A DNA stretch of 29,521 nucleotides from Armatimonadota bacterium (GTDB lineage: Bacteria; Armatimonadota; Zipacnadia; Zipacnadales; UBA5352). A program made the position numbers and the translations under genes. Location of the stretch: the NCBI GenBank assembly GCA_034722055.1, contig JAYENL010000093.1:1-29521 (forward strand). Direction: 5' to 3'. Below, piece after piece: positions 8,805-17,025 of this stretch (positions within the stretch are counted from its first letter, which is position 1; each line of letters starts with the position of its first letter). A model generated the notes under the pieces. That model saw only the letters and a list, made by a program, of their open reading frames with translations. It did no database searches and was not told the origin of the DNA.

Positions 8805-9112
8805 TGGCATCCATCAGCGGACTGACCCACGGGATGGCCTTCGAGTACAACGGGCTGCTCTACGTGATCGGGTATCGGGCCGGGGGGCAGTATCTGCGGA
8901 GGAGCGCGGACGGGGGAGAGACGTGGCTGCCATTCGCGGATGAGGCTGAGGAGAAGCTGGTGGCGATGCCGTCGGATGAGCAGCGCGTGGCGTTCGTGAA
9001 GATGGCGACTCAGGGACGGGCGCTGGTCGTGGGGGTTCCGAACTTCCCGGAGATCGACGTATATGTGTCGCACGATGACGGGGAGAGCTGGACCCAGGAG
9101 CCGGCGTCGTAG
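8804..9112 (+). CDS. Small BNR/Asp-box repeat protein (102 aa)
   Basis: TGATG stop/start overlap; Asp-boxes RSADGGETW and VSHDDGESW. Confidence 0.75.
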   Translation: MASISGLTHGMAFEYNGLLYVIGYRAGGQYLRRSADGGETWLPFADEAEEKLVAMPSDEQRVAFVKMATQGRALVVGVPNFPEIDVYVSHDDGESWTQEPAS

Positions 9113-9136
9113 GAGCGATAAGCACGAGAGCCCGAG

Positions 9137-9176
9137 AGCGGTGGGCCTGGCGTCAGTTGACGCAGGGCCCGCCGCT
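9137..9176 (+). repeat. Long imperfect intergenic hairpin
   Basis: AGCGGTGGGCC-TG-GCGTC-AGTT-GACGC-AG-GGCCCGCCGCT. G-U pairs favour folding on the + strand. Confidence 0.75.
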
Positions 9177-9196
9177 TCTCTGCGAGAGGTGCAAGT

Positions 9197-11503
9197 ATGG
9201 CGAAGCGAGTGAGCCCCGTGGCCGAGGTAGAGCTGCTGGATCCCGGCCAGCAGTATCAGGTGAAGTACGACGGCTTCGCGCGGGCGGACCTGGTGGCCGA
9301 TCTGCTGGCGACGGGCCGGGCGCGGAGCAACTACGTTGACTGGCAGGGGCAGCCGGCGGTCGGAGATGCGGCGCGGCACAGCGCGGCGATGGTGGTGGGG
9401 CGGGGAGAGCTGAACGCGGTCATCGCGAGGCCGTTCCTGGACCACTCCCAGGAGATTGGCCTGGGACACTTCCAGACGCTGGCGGGGACGTGGCATGCGC
9501 TGAAGGGGATCGGTCTTCCTAACGAGGTGAAGCTCTACCAGTCGGACGGGGCGCCGAACCAGATGACGGGAGTGGAGAGCCGGTTCGACCTGCCGAACAA
9601 CCCCATCTTCTGCATCTCGCTGTACCGGGCGGAGCCGGGGCCCGACCACGACTGGAGCGCGCACCTGCCCCGGACGCAGATCAACTTCGGAATTGCGGGC
9701 CGGGAGAACTGGGCGCTGGTGCTGCCATACGCGGGTCCGGTCTTTCTGATGTACAACGGCCCGAACGGGTGGGAGCGGGTGTCGGAGACGGAGCGCACGG
9801 TGCGGGTGCCGACGCTGGAGGGATTCAGCGCCGGCCAGCGGCTGCTGTTGTGGATCGCGTGCCTGCGCGAGCGGATCGTGATGTCAACGGACGGCTTCGC
9901 GGACGACATCTGGATCTACGAGCGGCCGGGGCACTACCTGCGCATCCCGGGCGGGAAGCTGCGGCTGACGCACGTCGGGGGACAGTGGATGTTCTCGATG
10001 TTCCCCATCAGGATGGCGACGGCGGAGATCGACAGCGCGGGGATAGGCGCGGGATACGATACAGGCGAGAGTCTGGGAGAGCTGCTGCTGCAGGCCCAGA
10101 GGCTGCCGGTGGTGGACAACGACGAGAATATCCTCGCGGAGGTGACGGCCGAGGATACGACGGACAGCCGCGACGATCTGACGCCCACGCAGAGGGCCTG
10201 GCGAGCGACGATCGCCCCGTACACCCACACGCAGGAGGACGTGGGGACGGACCCTGACACCGGGGAGCTGGTGGACTTCACGACGCAGGTCTCGCCGGAG
10301 CTTTACAGCATGCAGATCGGCCAGTACGCGGAGGTCATGGATAACGGGGAGCCGGCCGCGACGGATATCGGCGCCGACGTGATCGCGCTGGAGAGCGATC
10401 ACCCGGACCGACTGCGGACGGGGCTGTGCGAGCTGGAGCTGGATAACCAGCTCGGTCAGCACACGGATATCGAGGAGCATCGCGCGGTGAGCGTTTCGCT
10501 GGGGTGGAAGATGTCCGATGAGCAGGTTGAGACTGCGGCGACGCTGTCTGGCTACGTTGTGGAGCCTCCGCCGCTTACCAAGGAGGGAGGCGACAGCGAG
10601 CTGTCGCTGACGGTCCTGGACCCGATGATCCGCCTGCGGGATGAGAAGTCTGACGGGCGCTGTCCGGTGTTCGACGGGTGGGCCGTCAGGGACGTCTTCC
10701 ACTGGGTGCTGGATCGATGCGGCCTGGCGCGAGCCGAGCAGGACCTGGAGGACACGGGTACGGTGCTCAGCGCGGGCCAGCCGGAGCGCCCGCTGTGGTA
10801 CGCGGAGCCCGGGCGGCCATGGACGGAGTTCCTGGATGAGGTGGCGCGGTTCGACTACAACGCAGGGATCTTCTTCGACGAGAGCGGTACATTCGTGAAG
10901 GCGTGCCGGCACTGCCGCACCAAGCGGACGGCGGAGAACGTGACCCAGCACGACGGAAGCGCCACGGGCGCGTGCCCGACGGCGGTGGACTGGGAGCTGT
11001 ACACGCGCGGGACAGCGGCGAGCGACCCGGAGGCTCCGGGCGAGATCCTGCGCATACGCAGGCCGCGGCTGAGCCTGTCGGCCGCGCGGGAGTTCGCGAA
11101 CTACGTGATGGTGTCGGGGGTGGGGCCGGACGGAATGCCGATAGCGGCGGTGGCCTACGACCCGGCATCGCTCTACGATCCCGACAGCGATCGCTACGTG
11201 GGCTGGCGGAAGATGCATGTGGAGGCGCTGGAGGCCTACATCTCCCAGGAGCTGGTCAACCGCCTGTGCCAGGACCGCTTCGCGGAGCTGTCTCAGCGCC
11301 CGGAGCACATCGAGATTATCACGCCGCTGCTGCCGGAGGTGCGCATCGGGCAGGTGGTCGCTGTGAAGGGCGGCGAGAGCGTGGGCGCCGATGACAGGAT
11401 CTACCGCGTGACGGCGGTACGGCACCTGGTAGACCGACGCAAGGACGATGCGGGCGCCGCCGTGACGCGGATCGAGGCGCGGTGGATCGGCAGCGTGTCA
11501 TGA
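9197..11503 (+). CDS. Putative tail-tip/baseplate hub protein (768 aa)
   Basis: The C-terminal half follows a hub/Tal-like pattern: ELELDNQLG, LTVLDPMIRL, IFFDESG, NYVMVSG, LLPEVRIGQVV..YRVTAVRH. Confidence 0.65.
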   Translation: MAKRVSPVAEVELLDPGQQYQVKYDGFARADLVADLLATGRARSNYVDWQGQPAVGDAARHSAAMVVGRGELNAVIARPFLDHSQEIGLGHFQTLAGTWHALKGIGLPNEVKLYQSDGAPNQMTGVESRFDLPNNPIFCISLYRAEPGPDHDWSAHLPRTQINFGIAGRENWALVLPYAGPVFLMYNGPNGWERVSETERTVRVPTLEGFSAGQRLLLWIACLRERIVMSTDGFADDIWIYERPGHYLRIPGGKLRLTHVGGQWMFSMFPIRMATAEIDSAGIGAGYDTGESLGELLLQAQRLPVVDNDENILAEVTAEDTTDSRDDLTPTQRAWRATIAPYTHTQEDVGTDPDTGELVDFTTQVSPELYSMQIGQYAEVMDNGEPAATDIGADVIALESDHPDRLRTGLCELELDNQLGQHTDIEEHRAVSVSLGWKMSDEQVETAATLSGYVVEPPPLTKEGGDSELSLTVLDPMIRLRDEKSDGRCPVFDGWAVRDVFHWVLDRCGLARAEQDLEDTGTVLSAGQPERPLWYAEPGRPWTEFLDEVARFDYNAGIFFDESGTFVKACRHCRTKRTAENVTQHDGSATGACPTAVDWELYTRGTAASDPEAPGEILRIRRPRLSLSAAREFANYVMVSGVGPDGMPIAAVAYDPASLYDPDSDRYVGWRKMHVEALEAYISQELVNRLCQDRFAELSQRPEHIEIITPLLPEVRIGQVVAVKGGESVGADDRIYRVTAVRHLVDRRKDDAGAAVTRIEARWIGSVS

Positions 11504-11527
11504 CGCGTGCCGGGGAGGTGCTGAGGC

Positions 11528-11767
11528 GTGGACGAGAGAGTGACGCTGCGGTCGCGGGCGCCCGGGCTGCGGGAGGCGATTGACAGCAGGACGCGACCGG
11601 GGCAGCCGGAGGGAACGCTGGTCGTGGACCGGGCGCCGTCGGCCGCGACGCTGAGCCCGCGCGGCCACATGGGCGCGAATCGGTATGACTGGACGGACGG
11701 GGAGAATCACGAGAGCGCGCTGTACGGGCGGGGTCGCTACGGGACCGGCCGCTATGCCGGCGCGTGA
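11528..11767 (+). CDS. Hypothetical protein (79 aa)
   Basis: GTG start after GAGG; fills the gap in the operon; YGRGRYGTGRY C-terminus. Confidence 0.55.
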   Translation: MDERVTLRSRAPGLREAIDSRTRPGQPEGTLVVDRAPSAATLSPRGHMGANRYDWTDGENHESALYGRGRYGTGRYAGA

Positions 11768-11803
11768 CGAGCTCGGAGATGAGTGGCAGAGGGAGGACCT
11801 GAG

Positions 11804-12502
11804 ATGGCGGGTGTTACGGACAACTACGGGCTGGCTACCGACGTGGCCGTGGACGACTTCGTGCAGCCCAGTCACAACAACCGCCTGGCCGACACGGTGG
11901 ATCGAGTGCTGGGGTCGGTGCTGAGGCGGCTGCTGACCGCGGGCGTGTATGAGGGGTGGAGCATCCAGGCCGACAAGACGGTGGGGCCGGGGCAGGGGCT
12001 GGTGGCGGCGTGCTGGTGCGAGACCACCGCCGCAGAGGCCATCAGCGGCCTGACCGACGGGGCGGTCAACCACGTGTTCCTGGAGGCGACCTCGGACTCG
12101 CCCCCGGAGGGCGACGTCTCTGTGTTCGCCCAGCTCTCCAGCAGCGGGCCGACCGACGCCATCTACCTGGGGACCATCGAGCTGGATGGCTCAGGCGCGG
12201 TGGTGACCATCGACAACCACGCGGAGGGCGTGGATCGGCAGTGCTACTCGCTGGCCTGGCGGAGCGTCTCGGGCGAGGGCACGGAGGCGGATGTGCCGGC
12301 CGGTGAGCAGGTGAGCTTCACGATTACGCACGAGCCGCTTCGGGTGCCGGGCGCGATCAGCCTGGAGTCGAGCTCTCCTGACTTCACGTGGGAGATCAGC
12401 GAGACGTGGCGGTCGGACAGCTTCACAGTGACGGTGACCAACAACGGGGGCAGCCAGGCGGACTTCGAGTACACCTGGACGAGGGAGGGCATCGCGGAGT
12501 AG
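11804..12502 (+). CDS. Putative tail fibre/distal structural protein
   Basis: ATG at 11804 with a GGGAGGA RBS. N-terminal TDNYGL..D.V..HNN..DTVD resembles fibre attachment segments; beta-rich, acidic remainder. Confidence 0.55.
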   Translation: MAGVTDNYGLATDVAVDDFVQPSHNNRLADTVDRVLGSVLRRLLTAGVYEGWSIQADKTVGPGQGLVAACWCETTAAEAISGLTDGAVNHVFLEATSDSPPEGDVSVFAQLSSSGPTDAIYLGTIELDGSGAVVTIDNHAEGVDRQCYSLAWRSVSGEGTEADVPAGEQVSFTITHEPLRVPGAISLESSSPDFTWEISETWRSDSFTVTVTNNGGSQADFEYTWTREGIAE

Positions 12503-12569
12503 TGGGCGTTACGCGGGCGGTGGCCGAGGATCCGGCCCCGAGCGTGAATGCTGGGGAGAGCTGAGGCCC

Positions 12570-12914
12570 GTGGAGAGCTCAGGACACCTGACGATGGTGC
12601 TGGCGGCCCTCGCGGGGCAGGTCTGGCCGTTCCTGCGATGCACCACGGCCGGGGTGCTGGGGGCGCTGGCGAACGTGGCCCTGGAGGACCAGGTGGTGGT
12701 GCTGCCGAGGATGGAGAGCGGGCGACTGCACCTGGGATTCCTGGGGAACCTGATCGTGGCCGTGACGATGGCGCACGTGGTGGACAATGACTTCGCGACG
12801 GCATTCTTCGCAGCGGTCTGCGGGACGACGACGCTGCGGACCCTTAAGAGGCGCATCGAGAGCGCCTTTGAGGAGGAGCGGAAGGAGATGGGCGAGGATG
12901 ATGACGCCGGCTGA
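12570..12914 (+). CDS. DUF4257-like membrane protein (holin candidate)
   Basis: AGVLGAL..VLPR..LHLGFLGNLIVA pattern, hydrophobic segments and a charged C-terminus. Start may be the ATG at 12594. Confidence 0.6.
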   Translation: MESSGHLTMVLAALAGQVWPFLRCTTAGVLGALANVALEDQVVVLPRMESGRLHLGFLGNLIVAVTMAHVVDNDFATAFFAAVCGTTTLRTLKRRIESAFEEERKEMGEDDDAG

Positions 12915-13194
12915 ACTGATGTGCGCACAGGTGGTGACCCTCGTCTGCGAGGGGCTGTTTCTGGCTGGCGCGGCGCTGGTGTGGCGAGCGCTTTACCACA
13001 TGAGGATCAACGGGGCCTGCCAACTGGGGCTGGGCCTCTTGGTGGTGTTGCGGGTGAGTGCTGCTGCATCGACGATAGGCGGCCCGCCGCAGAACCCTCT
13101 GACGTGGACGTGGCTCACTGAGGTGCTGTTCAGCTTCTCGTTTCTGTACCTGCTGTATCACATGGGGGCGCTGGTCTCCGCGTGTCGGAGGTAG
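12898..13194 (+). CDS. Small 3-TM membrane protein
   Basis: Tandem ATGs overlapping the previous gene; three hydrophobic stretches. Confidence 0.55.
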   Translation: MMTPAELMCAQVVTLVCEGLFLAGAALVWRALYHMRINGACQLGLGLLVVLRVSAAASTIGGPPQNPLTWTWLTEVLFSFSFLYLLYHMGALVSACRR

Positions 13195-13224
13195 GTGCGC
13201 CCGAGTCTGCTGCATCGAATCAGC

Positions 13225-13250
13225 GGCGCCCGCCCTCTGTGGCGGGCGCC
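13225..13250. repeat. Perfect 10-bp inverted repeat
   Basis: GGCGCCCGCC-CTCTGT-GGCGGGCGCC upstream of the holin. Confidence 0.8.
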
Positions 13251-13275
13251 AGCCATTAAGGGAGGCGATCGGAGG

Positions 13276-13578
13276 ATGGAGGTCATCGGCGAGTGGCTGC
13301 GCGAGATCCTGCTGCCGGGTCTGGGCACACTGCTGGTGGCGGCGGTACTGACGCTGGTGCGGCGCTACATCAACCGGCTGGACGATGAGCGCCTGCGCAG
13401 GCTGCTGCTGGAGCTGGTGCGGGCCGCGGAGCAGATCTACGGCCCCGGCCGCGGAGCGGCCAAGAGGCGCTGGGTCACTGAGAAGCTGCGCGAGATGGGC
13501 GTCGGGCCGGTGGAGCGTGACCGGCTGGAGGCCGCGGTGTACGAGCTGGAGAGCGACGCTCAGGCGACGCGGGAGTGA
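13276..13578 (+). CDS. Phage holin, LL-H family-like
   Basis: A single N-terminal TM, then LVRAAEQIYG..G.AK..V..L..LEAAVYE, the LL-H holin signature. Confidence 0.8.
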   Translation: MEVIGEWLREILLPGLGTLLVAAVLTLVRRYINRLDDERLRRLLLELVRAAEQIYGPGRGAAKRRWVTEKLREMGVGPVERDRLEAAVYELESDAQATRE

Positions 13579-13588
13579 CAGGCTCGGG

Positions 13589-13621
13589 AGTGCGGGCCGG
13601 GGATGATTCCCGGCCCGCACT
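13589..13621. repeat. Perfect 13-bp inverted repeat between holin and endolysin
   Basis: AGTGCGGGCCGGG-GATGATT-CCCGGCCCGCACT. Confidence 0.85.
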
Positions 13622-13654
13622 GCATGTACTTCGGCGGAAAGGTGGCGGGACGGG

Positions 13655-14329
13655 ATGCCGGTTGAGCGCGAAGTGAGCATGGAGCAGTTCGGCGCGCACC
13701 TGCGTGAGGTGCAGGTGGGGCGGCGCATCGATGAGGTGATCGTGCACCACACGTGGCGGCCCAGCGCGTCGGACTACCGGGGCATCGAGACGGTGCGGGC
13801 CGTCCGGCGGTATCACACGGGAGTGCGCGGGTGGTCGGACAACGGGTATCACGTGATGATCGGGCCGGATGGGAGCATCTTCCTCTGCCGGCCCCTGCAC
13901 CGGTCAGGCGCCCACACCGCGGGCAGGAACGCCCACAGCGTGGGCGTGTCCTTCATCGCGAACTTCGATCACGATGACCCCGAGCACTACCAGGGCCTGA
14001 CCACCGGGCACGAGGTGGTAGCCGCGCTGCTGGAGCGGTTCGATCTGGGAACCGCGGCCATCAGGTTCCATCGGGAGTTCGCGCCGAAGACCTGCCCGGG
14101 GCTGAAGCTGGGGCTGTCCGCCTTCCGCGAGGCGGTGGCTCAGGCAGGGGCCCGGGCAGCCGGCCAGCGGCCGAAGATCGTGCTGCTGCCGGGCAGTGAG
14201 CTGGTGTCGTGCAACGCGCGGATCGAGGACGGCGTGACGCGCGTGGACCTCAGGCCGCTGGTGGAGGCACTGGGCTACCGCATCCACAACCACCTCCGCG
14301 ACCAGGGGAAGCTCTACCTCGCCCGGTGA
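13655..14329 (+). CDS. N-acetylmuramoyl-L-alanine amidase (Amidase_2/PGRP-like endolysin)
   Basis: IVHHT, RGWSDNGYH, GAHT.G.N and HREFAPKTCPG zinc-amidase motifs. C-terminal DGVTRVDLRPLVEALGY is copper-amine-oxidase-N/stalk-like. Confidence 0.92.
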   Translation: MPVEREVSMEQFGAHLREVQVGRRIDEVIVHHTWRPSASDYRGIETVRAVRRYHTGVRGWSDNGYHVMIGPDGSIFLCRPLHRSGAHTAGRNAHSVGVSFIANFDHDDPEHYQGLTTGHEVVAALLERFDLGTAAIRFHREFAPKTCPGLKLGLSAFREAVAQAGARAAGQRPKIVLLPGSELVSCNARIEDGVTRVDLRPLVEALGYRIHNHLRDQGKLYLAR

Positions 14330-14393
14330 GGGGGTGGGGTGCCGGCTTGCGGGGGGAGACCGGGTCCCTCGGCCCGCGTCGGCGTGCCTCTTC

Positions 14394-14423
14394 TTGCGGA
14401 CGTACAGGCCGATATGATATACT
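14394..14423 (+). promoter_or_regulatory. Sigma70-type promoter of the rpmH operon
   Basis: TTGCGG-18 nt-TATACT with an extended -10 TG at 14415-14416. Confidence 0.65.
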
Positions 14424-14511
14424 ACACCTCGTTCCCCCCGATCCGATTCCATGGCGGACGGGGGGTTCGATCTCAGGGCCCGAGGAAGAGCCTTGGAGGC
14501 ATTAACATACG

Positions 14512-14646
14512 ATGAAGAGGACACATCAGCCAAAGAAGAAGCGCACGAAGCGCAAGAGCGGCTTCCGGTCGCGGATGAAAAGCAAGGCCGGCCAGCGTAT
14601 CATCAAGCGGCGCCGAAAGAAGGGCCGCAAGCAGTTGGCGAAGTGA
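14512..14646 (+). CDS. rpmH: 50S ribosomal protein L34
   Basis: Not in the ORF track. Manual translation MKRTHQPKKKRTKRKSGFRSRMKSKAGQRIIKRRRKKGRKQLAK; GGAGG RBS. Confidence 0.97.
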   Translation: MKRTHQPKKKRTKRKSGFRSRMKSKAGQRIIKRRRKKGRKQLAK

Positions 14647-14673
14647 CGGCGCTCCGGGTGCGGCAATCCGATA

Positions 14674-15042
14674 ATGGCTCGCCTGAGGACACTCCGCCGA
14701 CAGCGCGACCTGGACCGCGTCTTCCAGCACGGTCGCTGGCGGCGCACCGACACCGTGGCTGTGGGGGTCCGACACCGCTCGGACGATGAGCCGACGCGCC
14801 CGGCATTCGTGGCGGGGAGGCAGATAGGGACAGCCGTGCGGCGGAATCGCGCCCGGAGGCGCCTGCGCGAGGCCTATCGGCTTCTGGCGGATCAGGTGCA
14901 GCCGGGTGCCGACGTTGTGCTGGTCGCCAGGGAGCGGACGGGCAGCGCGGACTTCCGCGACCTGCAGGCTGAGATCGCACAGGCGCTGCGGGCGGAGGGG
15001 CTGCTCCCCGAGAAGGCCGAGGACGCCGGTGTGGGGCAATGA
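14674..15042 (+). CDS. rnpA: Ribonuclease P protein component
   Basis: RNR motif [20 protein letters not shown]; synteny. Confidence 0.95.
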   Translation: MARLRTLRRQRDLDRVFQHGRWRRTDTVAVGVRHRSDDEPTRPAFVAGRQIGTAVRRNRARRRLREAYRLLADQVQPGADVVLVARERTGSADFRDLQAEIAQALRAEGLLPEKAEDAGVGQ

Positions 15043-15311
15043 GACGACTGGCGGTCGGCCTCATCCGGCTGTACCAGCGCACGTTCTCCCGGGCGCTGCC
15101 CGCGACGTGCCGCTTTCGCCCGACCTGTTCTGAATACGCGGCCCAGGCGATCCAGGTGCATGGCCTGCTGCGGGGTACATGGCTGAGCATACGGCGGATC
15201 TGCCGCTGCCACCCTTTCTCCAAGGGTGGTTACGACCCCGTGCCGGGCATCGACGAGGACGAGATCGAGGAACCCGCATTCAGCTCTGATGATCGAGACT
15301 GGAGACATTGA
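15039..15311 (+). CDS. yidD: Membrane protein insertion efficiency factor
   Basis: [28 protein letters not shown]. Confidence 0.96.
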   Translation: MRRLAVGLIRLYQRTFSRALPATCRFRPTCSEYAAQAIQVHGLLRGTWLSIRRICRCHPFSKGGYDPVPGIDEDEIEEPAFSSDDRDWRH

Positions 15312-16984
15312 TGCCCTTCCGCGACCGTTCATCCCTCCGGCGACATCTCCTCGCCGTGATCGCCCTTCTGGTTGTGGCGGCGCTGCAGGCGCCGGCTGTT
15401 TGGTGCCAGCCCGCCGCGACGCAGGAGGGACTGCCCGTGGAGCTGGTGATTGACCGCGAGCAGGACTTCGACGACCAGCTCACCACCATGCGCGCGCTCT
15501 ATCATGTGGGCGAGGAGTATCTGCCTGAGACCGGCATCATTGCGTCGGTGAAGTCCATGTTCACCGGCGGCGACGAGGCTATGTACGTCACCGTCGCCAC
15601 CCTCGCCGAGCACGCGGCACGGGTACGCGGTGACCTGGTCAAGGTCGAAGGCATCTATGAGCCCGGTGGGGAGCGCGGGACCCTCCGCTCCATGGGGGCG
15701 GAGGTCATGGTGGAGATGGTGGGCGGCAGCTCGCCGGAGGGCTTCTCCGAGGTCGGCGGGCCTGACGGCATGCCGGTGATGATCACCGGCCGGGTGGAGA
15801 CCGAGGACGAGAAGGCGCTGCTGCGGGCGGAGGCCATGGTCCCGTCGGCGCAGATCGCGGGCGTGCGCGCCGCGCGATTGCTGGAAGAGGGTGAGGAGTG
15901 GGAGGCCGCGGCCGACGCCTACGAGGACGTGGCCACCAACGGCGCGCTGCAGAGCCGCCCCCTGGCGGCCTTCGCACGCATCCGGGCGGGTCAGATCGCC
16001 CTCGAGCACCTCCGCGACCAGAAACGCGCGCGTGCGCAGTACTCCGCCGGGTGGCAGCCCTACTCGGCGAGCCAGGGCGGGACGCCCGCGTACTACACGT
16101 GGGTCCCGAAGGAGGATAACGGTTGGGAGAGGACGCCGGCGGCGGAGGCGCTGGCGCCGCGGCTGGACAGGCTCAACGCCGACCTGATCGGCTACAAGAT
16201 CGTGGACGTGTTCGTGCGCATCGCCGGGGGCAGCCCGGCCTTCGGTGTGCTGCTGATGGCGGTGGTGGTGCGGCTGGCCATCTATCCGCTGACCAAGAAG
16301 CAGCTCGAGTCCCAGCGTCGGATGCAGGCGCTGCAGCCGCAGATCAAGGAGCTGCAGAAGAAGCACGCCACGGACAAGCAGAAGTTTCAGGAGGAGTTCT
16401 GGCAGCTCTGCCAGGAGCACAACTGCAACCCGCTGGGCGGCTGTCTGCCCATGCTGGTGCAGATGCCGATCCTCATCTTCCTCTACCACGGGATCCGCGA
16501 CTACATCGTGCAGTTCCACGGCACCCAGTTCCTGTGGATTCCCAACCTGGCCCAGCCCGACATCTGGCTGCTGGTCGCCTACACCATCAGCATGGTGGCC
16601 TTCCAGAAGATGGCGGCGCAGAGCCAGCCCGCCGCCGACGCCCAGCAGCAGCAACAGCAGCAGATGATGGCCTACATGATGCCGCTGATGTTCTTCTTCC
16701 TGTTCCGCAGCTTCCCGGCGGCATTCATTCTCTACTGGCTGGGCAGCAACGTCATCTACTTCAGCGAGCACCTCATCTACCGGCGGGCAACCGGCGATGA
16801 GGCCGTGGTTGAGCCGGAGCCGGGCGAGAAGGCCTCTGAGAAGAAGGGCGGCTTCCTCGCCTCCATGGTGGAGGCCGCAAAGCGCATGCAGGGCGGCGAG
16901 GGCAACCGCGAGGAGCAGCGGCCGCCCAGCTATGAGGAGCAGCGAAAGCAGGAGAAGGGGCAGAAGCGAGGAAAACATAAATAG
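15311..16984 (+). CDS. yidC: Membrane protein insertase YidC/Oxa1 with a long N-terminal extracytoplasmic extension
   Basis: VRLAIYPL..MQALQPQIKELQKK..NPLGGCLPMLVQMPIL..FLWIPNLAQPD..LYW. Start is ATG 15311 or TTG 15308. Confidence 0.93.
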   Translation: MPFRDRSSLRRHLLAVIALLVVAALQAPAVWCQPAATQEGLPVELVIDREQDFDDQLTTMRALYHVGEEYLPETGIIASVKSMFTGGDEAMYVTVATLAEHAARVRGDLVKVEGIYEPGGERGTLRSMGAEVMVEMVGGSSPEGFSEVGGPDGMPVMITGRVETEDEKALLRAEAMVPSAQIAGVRAARLLEEGEEWEAAADAYEDVATNGALQSRPLAAFARIRAGQIALEHLRDQKRARAQYSAGWQPYSASQGGTPAYYTWVPKEDNGWERTPAAEALAPRLDRLNADLIGYKIVDVFVRIAGGSPAFGVLLMAVVVRLAIYPLTKKQLESQRRMQALQPQIKELQKKHATDKQKFQEEFWQLCQEHNCNPLGGCLPMLVQMPILIFLYHGIRDYIVQFHGTQFLWIPNLAQPDIWLLVAYTISMVAFQKMAAQSQPAADAQQQQQQQMMAYMMPLMFFFLFRSFPAAFILYWLGSNVIYFSEHLIYRRATGDEAVVEPEPGEKASEKKGGFLASMVEAAKRMQGGEGNREEQRPPSYEEQRKQEKGQKRGKHK

Positions 16985-17025
16985 CTGTCTGCTGCATTGA
17001 CACGCCTAAGGAGGACGCGCCGACG

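Larger units (their letters stand above)
2..14329 (+). mobile_element. Phage-derived neck/tail/lysis operon (prophage late region or GTA-like element); left boundary outside the window
   Basis: About 17 co-directional ORFs in canonical siphovirus order: connector, closure, terminator, tube, G/GT chaperone, tip proteins, holins, amidase. Confidence 0.85.

Noticed and set aside
5412..11425. Long minus-strand ORFs (666, 351 and 513 aa)
   Set aside because: Antisense shadows of high-GC coding genes; rich in Arg/His/Pro with no motifs.
2928..12502. Contractile injection system or R-type tailocin
   Set aside because: No sheath, baseplate J/wedge, VgrG/PAAR or AAA ATPase is recognisable, and head-joining genes are present.
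14330..14511. oriC or attR/tRNA site
   Set aside because: No DnaA boxes, AT-rich unwinding element or tRNA fragment is seen. An att repeat cannot be assessed without the left end.
16640..16670. CAG repeat (poly-Gln) in yidC as a contingency locus
   Set aside because: It is an in-frame, interrupted triplet run in a loop that is commonly Gln-rich in YidC.
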